A stretch of 64,000 bases of DNA from the human T2T-CHM13v2.0 reference genome, Homo sapiens. The notes beneath the pieces are model-generated. The model made no database searches, was not told the DNA's origin, and saw only the letters and a list, made by a program, of their open reading frames with translations. Shown in pieces: positions 43,195-56,456 of this stretch. Position 1 is the first letter of the stretch; every line of letters starts with the position of its first letter. Made by a program: the position numbers and the translations under genes. The stretch spans positions 39,072,001-39,136,000 of the forward strand of contig CP068257.2 in NCBI GenBank assembly GCA_009914755.4. The letters run 5' to 3'.

Positions 43195-43565
43195 ACTCGA
43201 ACTCATGTTGAAATTTAATCCCCAATGTGGCAGTATTGAGGGGTAGAGCCTTTAAGAGGTTATTGGGTCATGTAGGCTCTGCCCTCATGAATAGATCAAT
43301 CCATGAATGGATTGATGGAGTAATGGATTAATTGATTAGTGGGTGGGTTGTCATGGAAGTGGGACTGGTGACTTTATAAGAAGAGGAGGAGAGATCTGAG
43401 CTGGCATACCCAGCCCCCTCTTCTCTGAGTCCCCATCAGCAAAAAGACCCTCACCAAATGTGGCCCTTCAACCTTGGACTTCTTAGCCTCCATAATTGGA
43501 GGAAATCAATATATCATTTCTCTATAATACCAGTGTCAGGCATTCTGTTACAAACAACAAAAAAC
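43195..43565 (+). mobile_element. Second copy of the unassigned LTR/MER-like interspersed repeat (same family as 31300-31635)
   Basis: Evidence is given under 31300-31635. The shared core and terminus is ...ttgaaatttaatc.ccA..gt..ggtag...ggac..cttagcctcca...ctgtt..aca.ac...aagaca. Confidence 0.55.
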
Positions 43566-44886
43566 AAAATAAGACATTCTCACCTACATCAGTCAGCTGG
43601 AGACTAATGACGCCCCACAGGCTCTCAATGATGGAAAACACACGATGCTGAAATCTCGCCTACAGAGGCTTATTTAGGAGTCTCAAACACGCAAGACTTT
43701 AAAAAATCTGTTGATTGGAACCCTGGTTAAATTATTGTCCTAATTTCCTTGTCCACTTAGCTATGCCCCTGTTCTGGGATCCAGTATTCTTAAAACTTCA
43801 AGAAGTTTTCTTGCCTTCCTCCTCATGTATGTGATTCTTCTGCACATTTGTTAGTACTTCAGAAAAAAATTAATAAGAGTCACATAAGGTATACTCAAAA
43901 ATATCCTTAAAATATGAGAGTTTTAATCGAAGAAGTAAAAAGCATCATTCTTAACAGTTGCCCAACCCAAACATGTGGGTGCTTGTAGAGGTCCCTGTTT
44001 TCCTCATATCTTATATTCACAGCATCAATAAGTCTCTTAGCTGTACCCTCAAAATATACCCTGCATCTGCCTTGTGCCATCTCCTCTGCCACTCCCTGGT
44101 CCAATCCACCATCACCTCTCCCTGGTGCCCAATGGGTCTCTCTGCTTCTACCCTGGTCCCCTACACACACACTCTCATCCATCAGCTCCATCAGTGAGAG
44201 TGATCCAGTTAAGATGGCTCAGGCCATCTCTGGCCTCTGTTCTGAGCTTTTGAGGACCCCATTCTCCAGGTAAAAGCCTATCTTCCTACAGGATCCATCC
44301 TCACTGTTTCTTCTCTGATGTCATCTCCTACCACCCTCCCCTGGGGATCCCACCGCAGCCACACTGGCCTCCTTGTCGTCTCTAGACCACCCCTGCAGGC
44401 TCCCACCTCTGGGTCTCTGTACCTGCTCTCCCTCCACCTGGGATGTTTTTCTCCCAGAAACTCCCTGGCTCACCTTTTCCAGCCTTGGCTGTGCCGTCTC
44501 CCCCTCAGGGATGCTTCCCCTGACTGCCTGGTAAAGATGGCGGCACTTCCACTACTGCAGCGCCCCCTCCGACCCACGCCTGCACTTACTCCCCATGGCC
44601 CTCAGCGTCTTTAGTGCACTCGATCATTTACCTATTTGTTATACTTGCTTCAACTGTCTGCCTCTAAACCTATCCTAAAATTTTGGTCCCTAAAAAGTAA
44701 ATATTTTGGTTGATTTTATTCCCTGATGTATTCCCAATTCCTACAATAGTTTCTAGCATGTAGCAAAGAGTCTCAACAAATATTTAATACTTCTTGAACA
44801 CAAGACTGTTAGGCTAAATTCAATTAAATATCAATAAGTCTCAGTGACATATAGTGTTTTAAAATTAAACATTCACTATAAATGAT

Positions 44887-45188
<302 letters not shown>

Positions 45189-47894
45189 CACTACAAATGA
45201 TTCTGAATGCCGCCTCTCCATTTGCACAGCACCTTAGGCCCTTCCCAAGCATTTTCACCCATCATTGTCACATTTAATCCTATAGATGTTTATTCTTACA
45301 GACTGCACTAGGTGAGAAGTCAGAGCTCTAGAGAAGAGAAGGAAATTAGTTACCCTGGATTCCGTATTGTGTGTCAGCAAAGCACCAAGATGCCCAAGTG
45401 TGCTCCTTCACTCAGTGGTAATGCATCTACACGTGGCAATATTTCAATCTCCACTGACATGGGTCGCTAGCCCCGTGTCTGCCAAGAAAATATCACCAAG
45501 TGCATTATCAAACTTTATATTCAAAGCTGTAACTATTGCTTCTGTTCTTGGCATGATTAAATAATTAGCTTTTATGGAATACACATTATGTGCTAGGATT
45601 ATGCTAAGTAATCTAAATACAAAACCTTATTTTAATCCTCAAACTACACCTCACAGGCTGCTATTGCTGCTATTTTTATGTCAGAGATGAGAAACCATAT
45701 AAACTTTGAACTCTGTCGTGAGGAACAGAGCTGGGATTTGGTGCTAGGTTGTCAGTTAAGCAGTGACTGTGTTTGGGCTCAGAACCCTTTAAGAATGAGA
45801 AGAAAGTGCTGCACTCTGTCATGAACAAAAAGGACACACACAGTTCTGTTTCCAGCTCCTTAAAGGTCCAAATCCCCACTTAAAACACCTTTGATCTAAA
45901 CATTGCTGCAGATTATTTAAAATTCTCATAATAAGATGTGCTTGGGCTAGGTATGCCGTGTAGTCCTTGGAGCTCATCTAAAGCCTTATAAACTGAATCG
46001 TGTTCCTTTGTAATCACTTAACATTTAGATAGATTGAGGTTCAGTAATCAGATCTTTAAGTCACAGCCACACAAAAACAAGACAACTCTGCTAACATGTC
46101 TTTGGTTATAACATTTATTTCCTGTTTCTTTTTTTGTTGTGTTCTATAAAATCTTAATGACCTACTTTCATATACTTCTTCCAGAATTAAAACTATGATC
46201 AAAAATTGAAAAAACCAAACCAGAAAACATGATTTTTAGAGTGGCTTCCTCCAAAGACATCCTCTAGGCCAGATCCATGGTGAAAATGTAGCACATTCAA
46301 CATACACTGTGGTATTAATGCTAATTTACAACTGCACTACAACCAAATCTCAGTTGGAATTCATTAATTTTGACAGTTTGCCTATCACACTAGAATGAAT
46401 TCGCCGAGTCACAGAAACGTCTCTGAAAAGAGAAGAATCACATTCTCCTTGCTATTAAGTATTCATAACAGACTGGAGTTGAACATTCTCAAGGCAACTA
46501 GACATACCATTAATAATCCCAGAACCTATGAAATGTGGCTTGGGCTTCACCGAGCAGAAACCCGTAGCCACTCAGGTCTCTTTCCTTCTATACCTAATAT
46601 GCACCAGCTGTGTAATGGGCTCCGAAGAGCCTCCGGGGCGCAGGAGGTCATAAAATAGAGTCCATTATTCCACATTGGAAATTTGACTTGATTTGGACTT
46701 GACACTTCATTTGGAGAAATGTCCTGGAGGCATAATTTTTTCTGGAAGTTTGGGGTTGGGGTGAGTGGCTGGCTGTTGCAAATGAATCCTGTGGAACATT
46801 TTTAAACTTAAAGGAATGAGACTTCTTAAATATTTCCTTCATGATGACTTCTCAAAATAAAATTGAGTTGTAAAGTCTGAAAGTTATTACTGGAATGTTT
46901 TAAATTAAACCGACCCAGGATCGCAGATTTCCAAGAGAGAGTGTGAAGACCGTGCCAGTCACAGCATTTTCCACCGTTTGATAAAAATCAAATCTTATCT
47001 GTAAAGACATAACTGTTCTAAGATTTTATAAGCAGAAAATAACGCCCATAGCATCTATCAAGGATGCCCCAGGGCCACAAGCCTGGCACGCTGTCCAGCC
47101 CATGATGCTGTCTCTATAAGAGGCCACCTGATGTGATGTGCTGGAAGACTGTTGCCAAGGCAACACAAACTGCAAGAGAGGAGGGGGTGGGAGCAAGACC
47201 CCGGACTCACAATACCCCAGATTTCAAATCAGTAGATTTAGAGTATTTGCATATTTTGGGGCACCTAGAGTACAATGTTAACAATATAGCACATGCAACT
47301 TGCTCAATGATTACTAAAGCCCAAAACAGAAATTGTTACAAAATATTATGGAATGATCCTGTTACCATCAGAAAAATGTTTAGCCCATAGAAAGTAAACC
47401 TATGACCCCAAGTCACTACCTAAAGACCTATTTTTATGTTTGCATATTTGGACCAACTCTATGCATTTAAAAACAAAATAATTTACATATTTATTGTTTC
47501 TCTCATACTTTTAAAGTATGAGGCCAGTAAACTAGAATGTCAGAGGCAACAAATATGAGCTTCGGTAAGGAAGGTTTGGTAATAAGGATGTGAGCCATAA
47601 GCATGACTGTTCTGAAGAAGTATTTAGGAATGGGTCAAAGTCAACCTTACAGATTCTGAAGTAACACAAAATTAGGCTAGTATTAACTTTGTTGTATTTA
47701 ATGTTTTCATTAGTCACTTAAACACAGGTAGTATGATAGGAGTGATAGTGAGAATAATGTTAACAAGAAGACAATTTCACTAAATACCAGGACAGACACT
47801 GCATGATCTCATGGAATTCCCCATCAACCCACAAGGCAGTTGCAATCATGGTCCTCATGATAAGGAGGGGAAAGTTGAGGCTATAGCTCATGGG

Positions 47895-48493
<599 letters not shown>

Positions 48494-50065
48494 TGCTTAA
48501 TTACCTCTTTAAAAGCCCCATCTCCACATACAATCACCTTCTGAGGTCAGTGGTTAAGGCTTCAACATAGTTTTTGGGGGATACCATTCAACCCCTAACA
48601 GAGGGAAACAAGGATGGTAGAGGAACCAGGGACCATAATATGGGACAAATGTGATAGAATTCTGAAGATTCTGCAATGACTGCTGTGGGCAGGAGGATGA
48701 AATCTATTATATCACCCTAGGACCCTCCCTTCCTTTAAGAATGAAGTTAAAGAGAGGCAGATGCCACCACCATGTAAGGCAGAACATTCTAACAATTAGA
48801 ACTGCCCAACATTGAACATACTGAAATGTTTTCAAGGAGAATGGTGTATTGGAGATGCCAAGAACCTTGAAGGTTGACTCAGCAATATCTAGTCTCTTAC
48901 TCATTCCAATTAAGAGTCATGAAATCACAAGAAGAATGCATGTTTCTCTGCCTTAGAGGAGATACACTGATTCAATAACTTCATCTCCTTGGAGGCTCCT
49001 TGCCTGACTGATGTGGACAAGGTCCTCTAATTAATCACACATTAGCTCTGATTCCTAAAATAGCTCATACAATTATTGAGGCAATTTCAAGTGAGCATGC
49101 TTTGCAAAATAAGTTACTTTTGCCCCTATACTAGTCCTAATTAGCTACTTGTATCATAAAACTAGAAAAGTCTAGCCTGAATCCAAGACAAATGCATACA
49201 AATGATGAATATGAAACACTTTTTGAGAGGACTTAAAATGTGAAGAAAGCAATATATGTGACTATTATCACCATTTAATGGTACTTTGTGCGAGTCCTGG
49301 GCTTGGAGCCAGCACCACGGATATGATGATCACTTGCTATTTTTTCTACTATTTCAGAGTCTCTGCTTTTCTATGCTGGGTAAGATCCATGTGATTGGCA
49401 GGTCAGACGATGCATAAAGTGATTTGAGGCAATTACAGCGACAGTTAAAGATTAATATGGGAAAATACTCTCATCTATTTTTTTCTTCCTGTATCTGAGA
49501 AACTTTCTCTAAAATCATTACCTTCCTGACCTATACAAAAGAGGCCCCAGGTATGGCAAACTGTGCCAGGCACTGGGAGGGTGCAGACATGCATGCAGGT
49601 GCTGGAGGGGCAAAAGGCCAGGTAGTTGCTGCACTCGTAAATAACCCACTGGAGAGGCACTTACAGGGAGGCAGGCTGGAGACAAGTGCCAGGGGAGGTA
49701 TGAACCAGGAGCTTGGAAAGAACAGAGGAGCCTGCTGGATACTGACTGATGGGACTGAGGAGGTTGCTGCCTGCAGTTTCTTTTGCGGTTTCAATTCCCT
49801 ACTCCCAGTCTACTTTTTGGTGAGACCTCACATTGGAGAAGCGGAATTACTCCACTGGGGGTAATTTTGCCCTCCCTAGGGAAAATTAGCAATGTTTGGA
49901 GATACTGTTGATTGTCATGAGGGAGGGTTTGGGGAGTGCTATGCCATCTAATGAGTAGAGGCCAGGGATGTGGCCAAACATCCCACTGTGTGTGGGACAG
50001 TCCCTCCCATTGAAGAACCATCCAACCCAAAATGTCAATAGGCCGCTGCTGAGAAACCTTGCCTC

Positions 50066-50876
50066 TGAGCATGGCACCCATAGACTGTGGGTCCTGCTCT
50101 CCCTCTGGCCCATGAGTGACTTATCAGAGAGGTGAGTTTGGGAAGAGAAAGTGACACGCCTCCTTTTCTTCTCCCCTCTAGCCTCCTTGACCTCAGGGGC
50201 CATGCCCACTGCTCTGCTCTGCTCCACTCTCCCCATGTTAAGTTGCAGCAAGACCCTGCTTGTGGTTGGGGGAAGGGCTCCAGGGGCCTGGCTTGGTTTG
50301 GTTCTGGGGTTTAGGATTAGCAAGGCCATTGCTGCCACCCGTCAGCACCACATTGTCAAGCTCAGACTTTGTCATAAACAGATGATATTTGATCTCCACC
50401 TGACCCCTCTCTATATCTTTCTGTTAATTGATTCCAAATATAGGCAGGGAGCTGGGGTGTCTTGGCATCCGTAAACCCCGACATCACTTACTGTTGAATC
50501 TTAAACAGATGATGGGCCCTAACTTAATTATACAAATGTCAGTCCTTAATAAATGATAAGCAGAGTAAGCCCTGTGAGGATTAACTTAGATGTGCATTAG
50601 ATGCGATGTGGGGTCATCTAGAAATCGGAGTCACCCCAAGAAACGCTAAATGTTGTCAAAAGATGACACTGAGAGTCTCCAATCCAAGGAAATTTTCACC
50701 TGAAGCTTTCCACTTTAACAGCATCTACAGAGATCAAGCTACGGGGCTACAAGAGGAGAGCAGGAGGAAGATAAGAAAAGGGGCACGCTGCTTCCTCTTC
50801 CCAAACCCATCTCTCAGATAAGTCACTCATGGGCCAGAGGGAGAGAAGGACCCACAGCACATGGGTGCCATGCTTG
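50066..50876. repeat. Pair of about 60-bp inverted repeats (50066-50126 and 50816-50876) enclosing about 690 bp; candidate non-autonomous DNA transposon (MITE-like) or hairpin-forming palindrome
   Basis: Left arm: agcatggcacccatagactgtgggtcctgctctccctctggcccatgagtgacttatcag. Reverse complement of right arm: agcatggcacccatgtgctgtgggtccttctctccctctggcccatgagtgacttatctg. About 55 of 60 positions are identical. The region immediately upstream (about 49750-50066) is itself a recognisable but unnamed interspersed repeat: ...gggggtaattttgccctccctagggaaaattagcaatgtttggagatactgttgattgtcatgagggagggtttggggagtgctatgccatctaatgagtagaggccagggatgtggccaaacatcccactgtgtgtgggacagtccctcccattgaagaaccatccaacccaaaatgtcaataggccgctgctgagaaacc. 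Confidence 0.6.
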
Positions 50877-52862
50877 GATGCAGGGAGCCTTGAAAAATAC
50901 TTTTAAAAATATTCAAGAGCCACCTTGAGAAAGGCCTCTTTAAGAGACAAAGGGGCCAGAGCTTAGAGTCAAGCCATGCATACACAAAGGACAGAAAGGT
51001 CTTCCATCCAACCTGTGTAAATCACTGCACTTTCTTCTATCAGGGTGAGCCTCAATCTGCTTCTTCGAATGTAAATCCAATTGTCGGAGAGGTCTACAGA
51101 TAATGTTTACCAAGCAGCCTCTTAGGAAAAATTCAACTGGGACCTCCATCCCACCATTCCAGCCAGAGTTTCAATATGGCTCGTTCACACTTGATTTCCA
51201 CACCCTTCTTTTCAGTTAATACCCTTTTTTCCTTCTAATGTTGTATGAAAATGTAGACTCTGAGGGTTGTTTTCCTGCTTGTTTAATACGTGCAGTCTCT
51301 ACCGTCCCTCAGCTTTGTCAGTCCACCTTCTTGGGTTCTGAATGTTCTCATGTATTTATGTAGACAAACGTGAATGTGCTTTTGGAAGAGAAGAGAGTAG
51401 ACAAAGTAAGAAGAGAATCTTGGATTTTGACTTGTTATTGTCACAAAACAGAAATGCTGGTTGGTTCAATATTTAAACTGGTCAACTATTCACAAATGAA
51501 TTTTTAAAAAATTGCTAAAGCATTGAGAGATAAATTAGCAAAGGAATTCATTACTCTCTGTTCTCTTTGCCTGTACATATATGTTATTTGCATGTATCAC
51601 ACTGAGGGTACTGATCCACGTGTTTTTCTCCTCCAGTTGATTTAAAGTTCCAAATGGGTAAGTACTGCATCCTATTATGCTTGCATTTCTAACACCTAGT
51701 ACGGCACTGATACAAGCTAGATGACTATTTGTGTTTACTGAATTAAATTCCATTCAAAAGATACATGAGCAGGCAAGTAGCAAGGAGGAAATACAACTAG
51801 TTAAGGAACGTATACAATTTACAGCAATTAAGGAACTGTTACAAACTGCCACAGTGTTTAAAACACACTTGCTTTCATCTGAAATGAGTGTGTGCATGTT
51901 TTAGAAAGCAAGTTGGCTATAGGTGTCAAGATCCCAAAAAAAGGCTGCAAACTCTTGCCCAGTATTTCCACTTTTGGGGGCCTATTTTGTAATACAAATA
52001 TTTACCATTTGTGCAGTACCCACCTACATTCCAGACACACTGTGCTAAGAGATTTGAAATGTCATTGCATCCTTTAGCCCTCAAAGAACAACCACCAGCA
52101 CCTTATAGGGTAGAGATTAGTCCTATTTTAAGAAGGAGGACAGATATTAACTAATGTATGAAAGATCACAAAGGCCACATGGCTAGAAAGTGACAGAGTC
52201 ATGATTCAAACCCAAATCTGTTGCATTCTGCACTATTTTTTATTTACAGCATTTCTGATACCAAATGGGCAGACTTTTTTCTCACACCAACCAATTCTCT
52301 CTGGAAGAGCAAATGCATATCCTACATTTCAGATCAGTTCTGACACTCACTACCCAGAGGTAGTGCAGACTTCCCCACCCCCAGCTTAAGGGCTCCATTC
52401 CCCGAGATTGCCCTCACTTCTGATGCCAGGTGCAAGTAGCTCATCCCCAGGCTACCCACACTTCAGTCCAACTTGAATACAAAGTCAAGGGGAACCTATG
52501 AATCTCCCCTTTCAGTTTTCATAATTTGCTAGAACTGCTCACAAAACTCAGGAAATCACTTTACTTAGTATTATCAGTTTCAAATAAAGGATGTAACTCA
52601 GAAATAGCCAAATGTGAGGAGAGATGCATAGGGCAAGGTATGGGGAAAGGGACACAGAGCCCCTACTCCCTCCCTGGACGCATCACCCTCTCTTCACTCA
52701 AGGATATTTACCCACCCAGGAGCTCTCCTCTGAAGCCCATCATTTAGGGGGCTTTCTGGTGGTTCTATTACATAGGCTTGATTGATGACATCATTGGCCA
52801 TTGGTAACTGAACTCAACTTCCAGCTCCTCTTCTCTCTCCAAAAGTCAGGGGGTAAGCTCAT

Positions 52863-53050
52863 GGGGGCCGTGGGTATATTAGTTTGCTAGGGCTGTAACG
52901 AAATATCACAGGCTGGGCAGCTCAAACAACAGAAATGTATCTTGTCATGGTTCTGGAGGTTAGAAGTTCAAGATCACAGTATCCACAGGGTTGATTTCTT
53001 CTGAGGCTTCCCCAATTGTGACCAACCCTGTCACTGTGACTTGGTCTTTT
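52863..53050 (+). mobile_element. Fragment of the same unassigned LTR/MER-like repeat family as 47895-48195
   Basis: gtgggtatattagtttgctagggctgtaacgaaatatcacaggctgggcagctcaaacaacagaaatgtatcttgtcatggttctggaggttagaagttcaagatcacagtatccacagggttgatttcttctgaggcttcc. Confidence 0.55.
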
Positions 53051-53825
53051 TGGTGTGCAGCCCCCCATCCTGAAGGTATCTAGGGCCTCCAACCACCTCA
53101 TTAGAACAAAAGAGGCTTCCTTCACACTTGTCATTCAGGACATCTCAAGGGTTTTAGGAGCTCCTGTGTCAAGAACCAGGGACAAAGACCAAATATCTTT
53201 CTATGATGTCACAGATTGTCAAGCCCAAGCTTCTTTCTTCTATAACATATACTGAAGTTACAATCTTAAATAGCATAGGTTTTTTTTTGCACCAAGTTAT
53301 TCTTTTTAATTTTACTTAAAAACCCTTATAGAATTGAAAATTATATAACTACTCCACAAGAAGAAGATAGTTTATTGTGGAACTTTAGTTTTATGGAATA
53401 TTATGGATCAAAAATTACATTTAAAAAGACCGTGAAACACTATAGAAAATACTTAAGATAAAATGTTAAGCAGAAAGCAAAATTACAGTCACACAGTGAT
53501 TTCAATCAGAAAGCAAGTTGATGCTACGGAACAAATACTGTAAGGAAGATTCTAGAATTATGGGAGTTAGGACAATAGACAATATTTTCCTTTATTCTAA
53601 TTTCTTATTTTTACTAATGGATTGCTTTACTAGTGAATTTCTTGAATTCTGACTCTTGGTTATAAAATAAAAGGCAGGCTTTAATTTCACTGTAAGGCAG
53701 AAATGATACATATTATAGGATCACAAGCGTATATATATAAAAAATAGAGACACACAGCTTTATAAGGAAATACATCAACATTTTACCCAGTTACTGGAGA
53801 GGTTTGCTTTTAAAAACTCAGCAAC

Positions 53826-54117
<292 letters not shown>

Positions 54118-55829
54118 TCAGCAACCTGTCTGGGTTCATGTGTCATGACTATCAGGTGATTATAGGGCTGATGACACTAAGCCACAGGGAGAGGAACACA
54201 ATCTCCGCAGGCAGAAAGAGCATCTCATTCTCTGCTGGCTTTCCAGAGCCTGGCCACATCCAGCATCCAGCTGACCTCAGAAGGGGCTCTTGAGTGGGTT
54301 CTGGGCTCCCAGTCTTCCAGCCCATATCAAGGTGAGGTGCAGCCTTACCTCCTGTCATGCAGAAACCACCTTCTTTTTCTGAAGGCACAGTCAATAAAAT
54401 GATCCTCCCATTCAAGTCTCCCTTTCTGACCACACTTTAGTCTGAGAGGTAGCTCTCATTTCAGGGGAGTGATAGCCTTCAAGGGATGCTGTGGCTCCTA
54501 CTAGTGGGAGGCATATGTTTCATTCATGTGAAATGCATTTCACGACAGTCTTGGCACAGAGAAGGGTCTGCTCTGTTATGTACCCCCTCCCCGTAAGTAG
54601 CAATAGTTGATTGTATTTGCTTGATATTTTACATCAGAAGAACAATTAGTTTCTTGCTTTTGAGAGGTTACCAAATAAGGTTTTAAAAATTTTACCAAGA
54701 AACTAAATTAAATTAAAATGCACAACAGGTTGCAGGTAGACCATGCCAATGCATGAAATTCTAACTCTTGCTCTTTTTCTAAAGCAAACAGTGGGAAAGA
54801 GTTGCATCAGGGACCCAGAGCTGGTTCTGTAACCACTTAATTGTAATCGCATCTTCTTCTGCCCTTCATTAAGGACAATCCTAACTGTTGTAACAAACAA
54901 ACCCCAGAATTTCAGTGGTCCAAGCTAACAGGCATTTACATCTTGCTTAGGAGTCACATGAAGGTCACCCCAGTAGTGTTCATGATTGGTGGGTGCCCTT
55001 CCTCTACACAACAATTCAGGAACCTTGGTTCTTGCCTTTTGGAGACCTCTCATGTCCTCTATCCCAGTGTTTTTCAAAGTGGAGGTCAATTAGAATCACC
55101 TAGAGTGATTGTTCAAAGACAGATTGCGGGGCCCCACCCCAGAGAATCTGATTCAGTAGGTCAGGAATGGGCCCCAGGTTTTGCGCATCTCACAAATCAT
55201 CGAGTGACGTTGATGCTGCCAGTCAGGGGACCACACTTGGAGAAGCAAAGTCCTAGAACCAGATAGCAGAGAATGCAGAGAAACACACTTCCTGCTTCAC
55301 TACCAAGGCTTGGAAGGTGCATCACTTCAACTCGCCATCCCTCAGCAGGGGCGAGTCACACGGACAATCCCCAACAAGGTGAGGGATGGAAACCACAGCC
55401 TGTGTCTGGGCAGCTGCTTCCCAGCTCCAACCCTGCAGGAAGAAGGGGGAGCATGAGTTCTGGTGGGGAGTGCACCATTTCTGCTAGCGTCCAGTGATGC
55501 TTTTACAGAGCTGGCTGTCCTTCCCATGGATCATCATGTTCCTTTTCTCCAGATTTTAATGTGGTATTATTTGTACTGAGACTAAAGGAGAGGATTATAG
55601 TCTTATCTTGTCACCATTCTTAATTTCAGCCATAGGCAAAGAGGAAAGAACAAGGACAACCAAACCTAGACAGGCGACAAGAGGACAATGGCAGGAGCAC
55701 TGTCTGCAGCAATGCTAGGGGGGAGGTGGGGGCCATGCCCTTGAGGAGTCGGACAGAGAAATCCACCTGCTCAGGGAAGGGGCAGCCCCAGAGAGGCTGG
55801 TCCAGCAAAAGGATGTATTCTTTGACAAC

Positions 55830-56170
55830 AACTTTCTTGTTGCTGGGGCTGCCATAACAAAGCACTACAGATGAGTGGCTTAAACAACTGAAATTTAGTT
55901 CTCACAGTCCTAGATGCTAGAAGTCCAGGACCAAGTTGTCTGCAGGATTGGCTCTTCCTGGGGCCTCTCTCTTTCCTGTGTCTTCACAGGGCTATCCCTC
56001 TGTGTGAGTCTTTGTCCTAATCTCCTCTTCTTATAAGGATGCCAGTCAGACTGCATTAGAGCCAAACTTAATGACATTATTTTAACTTCATCACCTCGTT
56101 AAAGACTCTATCTCCAAATCCAGTCACATCCCGAGGTACTGGGGGTTAGGAATTCAACATATAATTTTTT
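55830..56170 (+). mobile_element. Third copy of the unassigned LTR/MER-like repeat family (see 47895-48195)
   Basis: gctgccataacaaagcactacagatgagtggcttaaacaactgaaatttagttctcacagtcctagatgctagaagtccaggaccaagttgtctgcaggattggctcttcctggggcctctctctttcctgtgtcttcacagggctatccctctgtgtgagtctttgtcctaatctcctcttcttataaggatgccagtcagactgcattagagccaaacttaatgacattattttaacttcatcacctcgttaaagactctatctccaaatccagtcacatcccgaggtactgggggttaggaattcaacatat. Confidence 0.6.
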
Positions 56171-56422
56171 TAAAAGTACAGTTTGGCCCATAACCCTGGG
56201 GATAAACTGTAGTTTTAACTTCCCGAAATCAGTTAAAACTTAGAGAATTAGTTTTTTTTTTTTTTTCCCCCAGAAAAGAAATTATCTCCTGATTCTGGCA
56301 GGCAGTTCAGTGTCAGTGGCTTCTTTCACTTTACAGTTTCCAGAAATGATTTTCAATATTCAGTCCATCATCACAAGTGGAAATGTCCATTGGGAAAGGC
56401 CACCTCTAGATGATGCAGGTGT

Positions 56423-56424
<2 letters not shown>

Positions 56425-56454
<30 letters not shown>
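56425..56454. repeat. T30 mononucleotide run, not attached to a recognisable Alu
   Basis: ggtgtaa followed by 30 T, then gccaacatttaaacc. A second T/C run lies at 56254-56275 (tttttttttttttttcccccag). Confidence 0.9.
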
Positions 56455-56456
<2 letters not shown>

